A DNA stretch of 64,000 nt from contig OZ024742.1 of the NCBI GenBank assembly GCA_964016885.1, positions 218,364,001 to 218,428,000 of the forward strand. The letters are read 5' to 3'. Numbering within the stretch: position 1 is the stretch's first letter; each line of letters starts with the position of its first letter. Shown here piece after piece: positions 1-10,960 of the stretch. The translations under genes were made by a program, and so were the position numbers. The notes beneath the pieces are model-generated. The model saw only the letters and a program-made list of their open reading frames with translations. It was not told the origin of the DNA and made no database searches. The DNA is from Eledone cirrhosa. Its lineage: Eukaryota.

Positions 1-444
1 TTTCGCGCATGCACGTGTATGTACGTATATAGATGTGTGTATGTATATATTTAATGATTTTAATAACCTCTGTCATTTTCGTTCAACTAATTTATTTACA
101 TTATTCTTAACTCCGAAGCGGAGAATCATTCCGTTTCCTAAATAGAATATTAGTCTAATGACTCCATTTATACCATAAACGTGGTTTTGTCTTTACGTGT
201 AATTGTTCTCATCGCTCCATATATTACGTATTACGACGTATTATCTTCACTTTTTTCGGTTCATTGCCAAGGAACGTCTTCACGAACCAAAATTTCGTCT
301 TCCTGTTTTCCTTCAGTTGCAACGTTTTTCGAAATATTTACTTCTGCGTTCATGATTGATTTTTTTTTAGTTTCAGAAGATCCCGTTAAGGGTGAAAGCA
401 GCGATTCTTTGCTTAAACTTTCATCTGTTATTTTAATAAATATA

Positions 445-600
445 TACGAACACGCCAGAAAAAGACATGACGGTAATATAGACAACATAGAAATTAAAAT
501 AATATCTAAACATAGAAATGACTCAACAGGTAGACAAATCAGAGAAGCAAGTGAAATAGAGCTTAGAAGACCAAAGTTAAACAGAAAAAACGAATGGAAT
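445..600 (+). pseudogene. C-terminal remnant of a Penelope-like GIY-YIG endonuclease
   Basis: Translation YEHARKRHDG...IEIKIISKHRNDSTGRQIREASEIELRRPKLNRKNEW fits the H...R..(R)EA..I....P.LN.K.EW C-terminus of PLE endonucleases. It is followed by an HHR motif (891-932) and a (TA)n tract. Confidence 0.65.
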
Positions 601-890
601 AACAACAACAACCATACCCAAACAAACAACACTGACTTAAGGGAAATATAAATAAATAAATATATACCCAAGTACAATAACAACAAACATATAAACACAC
701 ACTACTAAACAAAGTTAGAATACAAAAACCAAAACACATACATTCAAACGCGAACACACACACCAAACATTATACACACGCAAACGCATGCACAGGAACG
801 GAGACAAGAAGAAATAAATAAATAAATTAATTAATTAAAAACGGCGTAGACATTACAATACAATACAATAGGAGGGAACATAATAATAGT

Positions 891-932
891 ACCACTGATG
901 ATGTTGCAGATGTGCAACGAAAGAACTTTGAC
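891..932 (+). ncRNA. Type I hammerhead ribozyme motif (PLE terminus)
   Basis: acca-CTGATGA-t-GTTGCA-gatg-TGCAAC-GAAAG-aa-CTT-tgac. Same layout as the 46392 copy; stem I partly mismatched. Confidence 0.7.
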
Positions 933-1032
933 AGGCTATATATATATATTTATATCTGTATTTTTAACCGTTGGTCAATCAATGATAAATGTTGATTGCC
1001 AAATAAATTAACTATGGACCCTCCCCAAGTAT

Positions 1033-1124
<92 letters not shown>

Positions 1125-1340
1125 TATTTACGTATCGAGAGAGAGAAAAAAAAGGGGAGGATAAGTGATACATATAGTTATTTGCCAAGTAGCGTATGCC
1201 AAAGGTGCTCGATACTAGTGCCGGCAGTATTACATATTCGAAGTGTTAATATTTAGTGGGCTAGAGAGTTAGCAGAGCGTAAGCACGTGGAAAAGTAAGA
1301 AATCGGAGATTAGACCGTTAAAACATGTTTATTTAAAACA

Positions 1341-1380
1341 GCACCTACGTACGTTTCGCCCAGTTGGGCTTCTCAAGGGC
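1341..1380 (-). ncRNA. Hammerhead ribozyme motif, U3-A8 core variant, in PLE 3' region
   Basis: Minus strand gccc-TTGAGAA-GCCCA-ac-TGGGC-GAAAC-gtac-GTA-ggtgc, with a palindromic stem III loop. Confidence 0.65.
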
Positions 1381-1757
1381 ATAAATAATCAAAAGTGTTC
1401 CTTACATTGCTCGGAAAGAGTTTTGGGGGTTAAATCCACGTCAAGGTTCATTGCTCGCAAAAATAGCTTGTTTTGATTTTGCAGCAGGTCAAAGGAGGTA
1501 ACTCTGGCCGGTGTTAGGGCAGTCTTTCCCGGACAATTTTTTTTTTTATCCGCTACGAGATGAAGTTACAACCTTACCATTGTCGATACGCATGTAATCA
1601 ACGCTTATTTTGAGAGTTCTTTTTTTGCCGCATCTGTTTGTCTGAGTCGTTTGAGGCTGGGTCTGGTATGCAAGGATAGTTTCCTCGGTGTTATTTTGCA
1701 GCGCCTGCCCGCCGGGGTGTTAAGACTTGTTGCAGGGAGATCCGGTGCACGGTTTCA

Positions 1758-4270
1758 CTACTCATCCTTAACCCATCTGAAGAAGGATATTTTTAAGCGA
1801 TGCGTACAACTTATCGCTGTTTCAGCTCTGCTGTTGATGAGCTCGTGGGGGTGCAGTTATGATGTGGTAGAGCTCCATGAGGCAAAGATCGCATTTCCTC
1901 TTGAAGTTGTACGGTGCAGCCCTGCCGACAATATCCCAGTGCGTGGAGAAGCTGATGTTTAAGTCCCTTAGTGATGTGATGTAGTCCGCGAGCGAAGTGG
2001 AGTGTCTTAATTTTTTATTTGTGAAAGAGTGGAGATGTGTTCGAAACCTAATTTTGAATGGGCCGGAGGTAGCCCCTATATAATGTTTAACGCTTTTGTG
2101 GCTAGTTATAGTGCATCTATATATAACCCTATCAGTCAAGCAGTATCCTCTAAGGGGGCAGCGTCCTCTGTCGCGGCAGTTGCAATTTCTGTCGCGGTTC
2201 CGTCTATTTTCCACGGTAAGGCTATCATTGTTGCTGCCTACGTTGTTACCTACGCTACCGCAGCTGTCGTTAGCACCATTACAACCCACAGCACGCGGGG
2301 TGGTGCGATTGTTATTCCGCACGTCATGTCCTGCATGTTCTCCAGTCATTTCGCGGTTATGCTGGTTGCGTCTGCGGATGCTGTTGCCAACACTATTGGA
2401 TGCTGCAAGGGAGTTGTTAAGGCCGATATAGTTATTGTCAGGTGTAGGTGCGTCTGTGTCGAGGTGCTGTGTCTTGGTGATCTTACTGTGGTCCGTTGTT
2501 CCTATGATGTCTGCTAGGTTAGGAGTAGTAGAGAAGGATATTTTTATATTGTTCCTATTAAGAATTTTTCTATACCTATGGTTGGGCGGGAAGTTCTTCT
2601 CTAAGGCTTCGAAGAACATCCGGGGTATGTTGGAGGCCACACTCCGAGAGTAGGGGGTGGGAGAACCATAGGACGTTACGGTGCCGATTACGTGTCCTTG
2701 TACGTTTGCTACGGGTGGTTCCATCTATGTGGCCGCTCTTATGTGTGTTAATGTGCAGTCGCCCGTTCGGTGCCCTTTCACTTTATGCTCGGGTGCACTC
2801 TTCCTACCTCTTCCATGTTTATGTACAGGAAGATGTTGGTTGGAAGGCGTTGGTAGTAGGCCGTCGCCTTTGTTGGTTTTGTAATAAGGGAATAGTTCGA
2901 GTAATCTACAGTAGTTACCGTCGCCGGGGTCGTGATCTCTAGTGCGGTTATCTATTCTATTATATCCGACTTCAACGAGGTCGCCGCGTGATCGGTTATA
3001 GGTATGGCTTACTATAACGTTCGTTTTATGAGGGGATGGGGGGGGGGTTCTAGAGCTAGCGTTAGGGATGTAGGAAATTCCTCGGTTAAAGCCGGCGCTT
3101 ATCAAGGCCCTATTGTAGTAATCTGCCGCTTGGTTGAAGATATCCTCATTGGCGGATAGCCTCGAGATTCTATGTGAGATACTATAGACTATGGAGTTGA
3201 GAGTCTGCTTAGGGTGGTTGGAGGCATAATTAATATAAGAGAGGCACTCTCCAGGCTTATGGTATGGCTTGTATAAGCCCGTACTCAACTCCAGGGTCAC
3301 GTCCAAGAATTTGACAACCTTGTGGTTGAGGTCCATAGTTACGGATAGGCCGTATGATTTGAAGAACCTGTGTATATGTTTGTTAAGGTTCTCTATCCTG
3401 CGGGGGCTATGGTTCCTAACGGTAAACAGGGCGTCGTCCCTATATACACCTCCTTGTAGGGCCGGTATCTCTTCCCTAAGCTTATGTAGGAGGTATATCC
3501 CGACCAGGTCAGTTGCTTGCGCTGAGTCACTGGACCCCATCGTGACATCGAAGTTATCAGGACGGTTAGTTCTGGTCCAGTGGGAGCCTTCGAACTGGAT
3601 AATGGTTCTACGCGCCGCTAGAACTATATCTATTTCTTTTTTAGTGAGGCTAGTGTTAGATTTAGCTAAATGAGTGCCTTATTAAAGAGTATGGGGGAGA
3701 TAGAGGCGTAGTAACTATCTATGTCAAACTGGATGAACTTCAGGGTGGCTTTATCCGGCAACTCGGTGAACCAATTTATGACCTAGTCGGTGTTGCCCCA
3801 GAAGCAGACCTTAGCCTTTCTATTAAGCTCCAGTAGTACTCTATCGAGGATCACTTTACTAATCTTACCTATATCTGATGTAGAGGGGCATATTAGTCTA
3901 ATAGAGGGGCTTTCATTAAAGTCATATTTGTGATCCTTAAGAGAGAATTTAGGCGTCAGAGGGACGTACGGGTTAGTGTACTTTTCTATTTCTAAGCTGG
4001 TGACTATATCCATCCCTACTCTATTTATGTCATTTAGGGTACTAGAGGGTGTCTTTTTGTAGTCTTTGTGTAGTTCCTTATAGATGAATTTTTATACTTA
4101 CTCGCGTCCATCTTGTACAGCTTTTTGGTTTTGTCGGAGGTGACGAAGAGGTGCGGGTCATTCTTGATCTTAGTTATTAGTGTATCAAGGGACGTTAAGA
4201 ATGGATTGCTGCATTCGTGTTTCTTTCTGAACTTAATGTTTTTGATCATTTTCAGCAGGTCCTCTTCAAT
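1758..4270 (-). pseudogene. Disrupted PLE polyprotein (reverse transcriptase + GIY-YIG endonuclease)
   Basis: ORF pieces 4034-4270, 3783-4013, 3670-3782, 2725-3670, 1822-2724 are joined by TAG stops and frameshifts. A frameshifted C-terminus ELINSRAETAISCTHRLK ends at TAG 1758-1760. Confidence 0.85.
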
Positions 4271-4523
4271 ATATATATATATATTGTTATACTTGGGGAG
4301 GGTCACATTGTTGTAATAATATTGCCAGAATTAATAGCAGAACACACTCACTGTTTGGTTGGTTTTCGCTTCTGTGTCTTTTATATCAGTTAATTTATTC
4401 GGGCCTCAATGTTTATCTATTCCGAAACGTTAAGACCCTCTTCCTGCTATATACTATATCAAGCGTTAACCTATTATATACCTTCCATATACTGTACCGA
4501 TTGTGTTGCTATTTCTGTTTACC

Positions 4524-4647
<124 letters not shown>

Positions 4648-4674
4648 TTAATATATGCATATATATATATATAT

Positions 4675-4772
4675 AATTGTTTCTACTTTTGGCACAGGGC
4701 CAGCAATTATCCCAGTGTATTACTGGTACATTATTTTATCGACCCCGTAAGGATGAAAGGCAAAGTTAACCT
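4675..4772 (-). mobile_element. Partial tRNA-derived SINE
   Basis: 3' half of the family (TTGTTTCTACTTTTGGCACA...TTTTATCGACCCCGTAAGGATGAAAGGCAAAG). Confidence 0.85.
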
Positions 4773-4795
4773 ATAATATGATATAATATGATATA

Positions 4796-4867
<72 letters not shown>

Positions 4868-4870
<3 letters not shown>

Positions 4871-5120
4871 ATAAAAGGACGAATTGTTATGTCTTCATTG
4901 TATGTATTGAGTAGTGACGCGCGTTTCGCTATTGATCAGCTCAAGGTTCAATCTGTATCGATCTAGCCCGACTCTGAAATCAAAAGCTCGTCGTACCTCT
5001 GCTTTTGATTCTAGAGTCGGGCTAAATCAATACAGATCGGACCTTGAGCTGATCAATAGCGAAACGCGCGTCACTTCTCAGTAAACGTAATGAAGACTTA
5101 ACAAATAGTCCTTTTATTAT
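4868..5120. repeat. Fold-back inverted repeat with an HHR-like motif in each arm
   Basis: Arms ~4868-4987 and ~5001-5120; shared CTTGAGCTGATCAATAGCGAAACGCGCGTCACT in both orientations. Confidence 0.85.
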
Positions 5121-5220
5121 CATAATTACACTCTACTTAGTTCTACACCTCTTTACCGACTGGAAACTACGCATCGAGTGCTCACTCGTGTGAACCTACA
5201 GTAACTGGACGTTACATTCG

Positions 5221-5290
<70 letters not shown>

Positions 5291-5292
<2 letters not shown>

Positions 5293-5520
5293 GAAAAATC
5301 AGTGATGCATCTGGACTCAGTTTATTGTGTGTTACAGTTGTTTCGCCGGCAGATAGCTCGAGATGGGATCATTGTATGGATCTGTCTGATTCTCGATCTG
5401 CAGGTTCTTCGGACACATGCAATACTTTCGGAACAAACTTTCTCACACAAGCTATCTGCCGGCGAACAACTGTAACACACAATAAACTGAGTCCAGATGC
5501 ATCACTGATTTTTCATTTTA
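5291..5520. repeat. Inverted repeat (~68 bp arms) next to (TA)n
   Basis: AAAAATCAGTGATGCATCTGGACTCAG...GCCGGCAGATAGCT at ~5291-5358 is reverse-complemented at ~5451-5520. Confidence 0.85.
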
Positions 5521-5625
5521 TATTATATCACACTCTGCTCTGTAAGAACATAGAGTGCTCAACTGGCATAGCGCCTATGGAAGCATCATAGCTACCATTT
5601 AACACACACACACACACACACTCAC

Positions 5626-5658
<33 letters not shown>

Positions 5659-5682
5659 CATATATATACATATATATATATT

Positions 5683-5727
<45 letters not shown>

Positions 5728-5804
5728 CGGGTTCAATTGGGGGTAATCACAGTAAGGTACCTAATACATAGTAGAGTATATACAATGTTTAATATAGAAA
5801 TAGG

Positions 5805-5849
5805 TTCTACAGGACTAGAACTGTTTCATTTGAAGGAAATCATCAGGAA
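5805..5849 (-). ncRNA. Type I hammerhead ribozyme motif
   Basis: ttc-CTGATGA-TTT-ccttc-AAA-t-GAAA-CAG-ttctagtc-CTG-TA-gaa; same family as 15800-15846. Confidence 0.7.
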
Positions 5850-6173
5850 AGAAAGTCTGTTCTGTTAAGATTCCAACGATGGGTATGGGTACATTTCAAT
5901 ATGGGTGATATAAAGCTTTATAGTTCAGAAGGCATAAATCGTCATTTTATTGCAATAATATTTTTAAAAAAACGCAGCTCGTACATAGTTTTGATACCTT
6001 TTCACTTCACTTCAATATGAATCCTACATTTAATCCAGGTTTAAACCTGGTTTTATTTTTGTTTTTTTTTATATATAAAATGACGATTTATGCCTTCTGA
6101 ACTATAAAGCTTTATATCATTCATATTGAAATGTACCCGTACCCGTCGTTGGAATCTTAACAGAACAGACTTT
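5850..6173. repeat. Inverted repeat (~100 bp arms)
   Basis: GAAAGTCTGTTCTGTTAAGATTCCAACG...GTCATTTTAT (5850-5950) is mirrored at ~6075-6173. Confidence 0.85.
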
Positions 6174-6224
6174 CTGTATATTAGGAAGATTTCTCCATAC
6201 ATTAAAAAAAAGGCAAAATACGGA

Positions 6225-6360
6225 GTGAAGTTGCATGGCTTATGTTTAGGGTGTTCGGCTCTTGATCGTAACGGCATAAGTTCAATTGCGGGTGGCCTGT
6301 TGTGATCTTCAGCAAATCATTTTACTTTACGTTGCTCCGGTTTACTCAGCCGAAAATATG
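6225..6360 (+). mobile_element. Degenerate second tRNA-derived SINE family
   Basis: GCATGGCTTA..TTAGGGTGTTCGGCTC...AGTTCAATT, an A/B-box-like head; similar to 62680-62775. Confidence 0.5.
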
Positions 6361-6448
6361 TGTATATATATGTACTCCAGTACCTCAAGTATCAAGTACT
6401 CTGGTGAGTAATGGTTTAACCAGTTTTTAACTGAACCCACCCTGACTT

Positions 6449-6498
<50 letters not shown>

Positions 6499-6691
6499 AT
6501 AGAAATGGCTGTGTAGTTGCTATTTAAGGTAACTTAAAATGTAGTGGGAATACGAAGAAAGCAAGAACGGGTATATATATATATATATATAATCAAGGTT
6601 TAGCAAATAAGAAAAAGTTTTAAAATAAATTTTAAAAAATTCACTGTAGCTATGGTTACCTTTACCGTACGGTTTCGAGTCTCAAAAATAA

Positions 6692-6759
<68 letters not shown>

Positions 6760-6761
<2 letters not shown>

Positions 6762-6990
6762 GAATAATCGAGAATCGGAAAAACAGCTTACGAATTAACG
6801 ATAAACAATATCCGATATGTGTGGCAGAGGGCTCAATAATTTGGATAAATCAGAGCTATAACCATCGTTAAATTACCAACACATAGAGATCATGCCTAAA
6901 ATCACCCGCACAACCGAAAAAGAACGACCAGGAAGATTCGGGTCACTCAAATAAAATATCGATAAATCAATAAATTAAATGTAATTCAAA
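6760..6990 (+). repeat. Dispersed repeat starting at (TA)n, second copy at 47710-47940
   Basis: Shared GGCAGAGGGCTCAATAAT..GAT.AATCAGAGCTATAAC.ATCGTTAAA...GGAAGATTCGGG. Confidence 0.75.
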
Positions 6991-7220
6991 GGGTTTGCCT
7001 TATCAGACATTATGTCAACATGAATCAATCTCCTTGGAAAGTATATTAAGGGTGCACGTGTCTACGGAAAGCTCAACCACTTGCAAATTTATTTCACGAG
7101 CAGGCGTTTCAGTGGTTCAAACAATTACAATTGGAACACTCGTCGTCAGAACCGACAGAGGTCCAACACCATACTTAACTATAATATAGAACTGTGTTTT
7201 CTGTAGTTCGGTATTTTTTA

Positions 7221-7740
7221 AATAATTGTTTCTACTTTTGGCACAAGGCCAGTAATTACCCAGTACATTACTGGTACTTTATTTTATCGACCCCGTAAGG
7301 ATGAAAGGCAAAGTTAACCTCGGCGAGATATGAACTCAGAATGGCAAGGGCCGTAACTCTATATGTCAAAGCATCTTGTCCGACCCTCTACCGACACTGC
7401 CAATCCACCATTTTTTAATTAATTGTTTCTACTTTTTGGCACAAGGCCAGCAATTACTCAGTGCATTACTGGTACTTTATTTTATCGACCCCGTAAGGGA
7501 TGGAAGGCAAAGTTAACCTCGGCGGGATTCGAACTCAGAATGGCAAGGGCCGTAACTCTATGCGTCAAAGCATAGCGTCCGACCCTCTACCGATATGGTT
7601 TCTAATCTAGGCACAAGGCCAACAATTTTAGGGGAAGGGAAAGTCGATTAAATCGACCCCGGTGTGTTACTGGTACTTTATTTTATCGACCGCGTGAGGA
7701 TGAAAGGCAAAGCTAACCATGGCGGGATTTGAACTCAGAA
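7221..7740 (-). mobile_element. Cluster of three tRNA-derived SINE copies
   Basis: Copies at ~7221-7409, 7420-7594 and 7598-7740, with A box TGGCAGTRTCGG, B box GAGTTCRAATCC and core GCCTTTCATCCTTACGGGGTCGATAAA. Confidence 0.9.
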
Positions 7741-8092
7741 CTACGCTACCTGTAGGAGTGTGTCTATGTCTCTGTTTGAATGTGTCTATATGCATGTTGA
7801 CGTGCGTGTGGTGTCGTGTCTAAATGTATAGGACTGATTGTCAATACTAATGCATATATCTTTCTATAATACATAAGTGTTACCCGTCCTAGCTCATTTA
7901 TTATTGTTATTGTTATTATTGTTCGCTATTATTGGTGTTAGGGTGTACTTGTGAAGAGTTTATGCCTCTCAAAAGACATATACAACATTGCACTCTATAC
8001 CTGTCTTAGCCTCTCCTAACACCCCATACAATCCAGCTCATATATATAGTGTATACAGCCATATACACACATACACAAATATACATGTATAG

Positions 8093-8132
<40 letters not shown>

Positions 8133-8585
8133 TAGCTAGGCCATACATGTATATTTGTATGTGTGTGTATACGGGTGTTTTTGCAGTAAATCACACGTGT
8201 AAAAATATTCATATTATATATATATATATATATATAGATGACTATACACACACATACATACATACATTTATATGTATGTACTTGTGTGTGGTGGTGGTGT
8301 GTGGTGTATTCTCCTTAGCTACGCCGGGTGGAGGTCAGACCGGCGCCAAGAAGGCGGCTGTTTTTGCGGTAAGTCACACACCTGGTCGACCAACAGGTGG
8401 GTAGTTGGGTAGCTGGGTAGTTAGGGAGATGGGTAGCTAAGTAGTCGGGTAGAGGAGATGGGGGTGTGAAGTAATTCAGTAGGTGGGTGGGTGGTTGTTA
8501 AATAAAACCAATCAGCGAAACAAACATAAATGAAAAGAAGCAAAGACAAAAATTACCAAGTGGCTGATTGATTATGGCGAATGAG

Positions 8586-10960
8586 GCGGTGGTGTTGGTG
8601 GTTGTGGTGGTAGTTGTGGTGTTGGTGGTGGTGGTGGTGTTGGTGGTTGTGGTGGTAGTTGCGGTGTTGGTGGTGGTGGTGGTGGTAGTTGCGGTGTTGG
8701 TGGTGGTGGTGGTGGTAGTTGTGGTGTGGTGGTAGTTGCGGTGTTGGTGGTGGTGGTGGTGTTGGTGGTTGTGGTGGTGGTGTTGGTGATTGTGGTGGTA
8801 GTTGCGGTGTTGGTGGTGGTGGTGATAGTTGCGGTGTTGGTGGTGATGGTGGTGTTGGTGGTTGTGGTGGTAGTTGTGGTGTTGGTGGTGGTGGTGGTGT
8901 TGGTGGTTGTGGTGGTAGTTGCGGTGTTGGTGGTGGTGGTGGTGGTAGTTGCGGTGTTGGTGGTGGTGGTGGTGGTAGTTGTGGTGTGGTGGTAGTTGCG
9001 GTGTTGGTGGTGGTGGTGGTGTTGGTGGTTGTGGTGGTGGTGTTGGTGATTGTGGTGGTAGTTGCGGTGTTGGTGGTGGTGGTGATAGTTGCGGTGTTGG
9101 TGGTGATGGTGGTGTTGGTGGTTGTGGTGGTAGTTGCGGTGTTGGTGGTGGTGGTAGTTGCGGTGTTGGTGGTGGTGGTGGTGGTTGTTGCGGTGTTGGT
9201 GGTGGTGGTGTTGGTAGTTGCGGTGTTGGTGGTGGTGGTAGTTGCGGTGTTGGTGGTGGTGGTGTTGGTAGTTGCGGTGTTGGTGGTGGTGGTGGTGGTA
9301 GTTGCGGTGTTGGTGGTGGTGGTAGTTGCGGTGTTGGTGGTGGTGGTGGTGGTGGTAGTTGCGGTGTTGGTGGTGGTGGTGGTGGTAGTTGCGGTGTTGG
9401 TGGTGGTGGTGTTGGTGGTTGTGGTGGTGGTGTTGGTGATTGTGGTGGTGGTAGTGGTGGTGGTAGTTGTGGTGGTGGTGGTGGTGGTGGTGTTGGTGAT
9501 TGTGGTGGTGGTGGTGGTAGTTGCGGTGGTGGTGGTGTTGGTGGTGGTGTTGGTGATTGTGGTGGTGGTGGTGGTGGTGGTAGTTGCGGTGGTGGTTATG
9601 GTGGTGGTGGTAGTTGCGGTGGTGGTTGTGGTGGTGGTGTTGGTGATTGTGGTGGTAGTTGTGGTGGTGGTGATGGTGGTAGTAGTTGCAGTAGTGGTGG
9701 TGATGGTAAATGTGGTGGTGGTGGTGGTGGTGGTAGTAGTAGTAGTTGCGGTAGTGGTGCTGGTGGTAGTTGCGGTGGTGATGGTTGTGGTGGTAGCAAC
9801 GATGTGTAGTGGTTTTGGTGGTAGTTGCGGTGGTGGTGGTATTTGCGGTGGTGGTGATGGTGGTGGTAGTTGCGGTGATGATGTTGGTGATTGTGGTGGT
9901 TACAACGGTGTGTAGTGGTCCGGGTGGTAGTTTCGGTGGTGTGTAGTGGTCCTGATGGTGGTGGTGGTGGTGGTGGTGGTGGTGGTGGTGGTGGTTGCAA
10001 CGGTGTGTAGTGGTCCGGGTGGTAGTTTTGGTGGTGTGTAGTGGTCCTGATGGTGGTGGTGGTGGTAGCAACGGTGTGTAGTGGTCGTGGTGGTAGTTAC
10101 GGTGGTGGTGGGTGGTGGTGGTTGAGGTTGTGGTCGTAGTTGCGGTGATGCTGTTGGTGGTTGTGTTAGTGGTGGTGGTGGTAGTTGTGGTTGTGATGGT
10201 GGTGGTGGTAGCAACGGTGTGTAGAGGTGGTGGTGGTTGTGGTTGTGATGTGGTGGTTGCGGTGGTGGTGGTAGCAACGGTGTGTAGAAGTGGTGGTAGT
10301 TGCGGTTGTGATGGTGGTGGTTGCGGTTGTGATGGTGGTGGTTGCGGTGGTGGTGGTAGCAACGGTGTGTAGAGGTGGTGGTGGTTGTGGTTGTGATGTG
10401 GTGGTTGCGGTGGTGGTGGTAGCAACGGTGTGTAGAAGTGGTGGTAGTTGCGGTTGTGATGGTGGTGGTTGCGGTTGTGATGGTGGTGGTTGCGGTGGTG
10501 GTGGTAGCAACGGTGTGTAGAGGTGGTGGTGGTTGTGGTTGTGATGGTGGTGGTTGCGGTGGTGGTGTAGCAACGGTGTGTAGTGGTGGTGGTAGTTGCG
10601 GTTGTGATGGTGGTGGTTGTGGTTGTGGTGGTGGTTGCGGTGGTGGTGGTAGCAACGGTGTGTAGAGGTGGTGGTAGTTGCGGTTGTGATGGTGGTGGTT
10701 GCGGTTGTGATGGTGGTGGTTGTGGTTGTGATGGTGGTGGTTGCGGTGGTGTTGGTGGTAGCAACGGTGTGTAGAGGTGGTGGTAGTTGCGGTTGTGATG
10801 GTGGTGGTGGTTGTGGTTATGATGGTGGTGGTTGCGGTGGTGTTGGTGGTAGCAACGGTGTGTAGAGGTGCTGCTAGTTCCGGCGGTGGTTGCGGCGTTG
10901 GTTGTCGGGTGAGGGGTGTGTGGGAGGTAGTAGTGGTGTTGGTAGTTGTGGTGGTTGATA
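8586..10960. repeat. Complex (GGT)n-based minisatellite with higher-order duplications
   Basis: GGT/GTT triplets punctuated by AGTTGCGGT and AGCAACGGTGTGTAG; ~260 bp duplication (8719/8979) and ~148 bp duplication (10290/10438). Confidence 0.95.

Larger units (their letters stand above)
1121..4270 (-). mobile_element. Penelope-like retroelement, Naiad-like, 5'-truncated and decayed, flanked by (TA)n
   Basis: RT motifs FIQFDIDSYYASIS, FDVTMGSSDSAQATDLVGIYLL, GVYRDDALF, VKFLDVTL. CNC..CPLRGYC finger, GIY-YIG VIYRCTI..HYIGATSGPFKIRFRTHLHSF, C-terminal CDLCLME. 3' region has an HHR and AATAAA; TA tracts at both ends. Confidence 0.9.

Noticed and set aside
181-651. 156-aa gene
   Set aside because: Chimera of a non-coding repeat (to ~445) and a GIY-YIG remnant.
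1651-3673. Plus-strand ORFs overlapping the PLE
   Set aside because: Antisense shadows of the RT/endonuclease frame.
1758-4270. Selenocysteine recoding, as reported for some Naiad PLEs
   Set aside because: The in-frame interruptions I read (2725-2727, 3783-3785) are TAG, not TGA, and no SECIS-like hairpin was apparent in the 3' region.
8572-10764. 730-aa His/Pro/Thr-rich protein
   Set aside because: ACC-based repeats lack stops in all frames; composition switches with frameshifts and no gene structure is evident.
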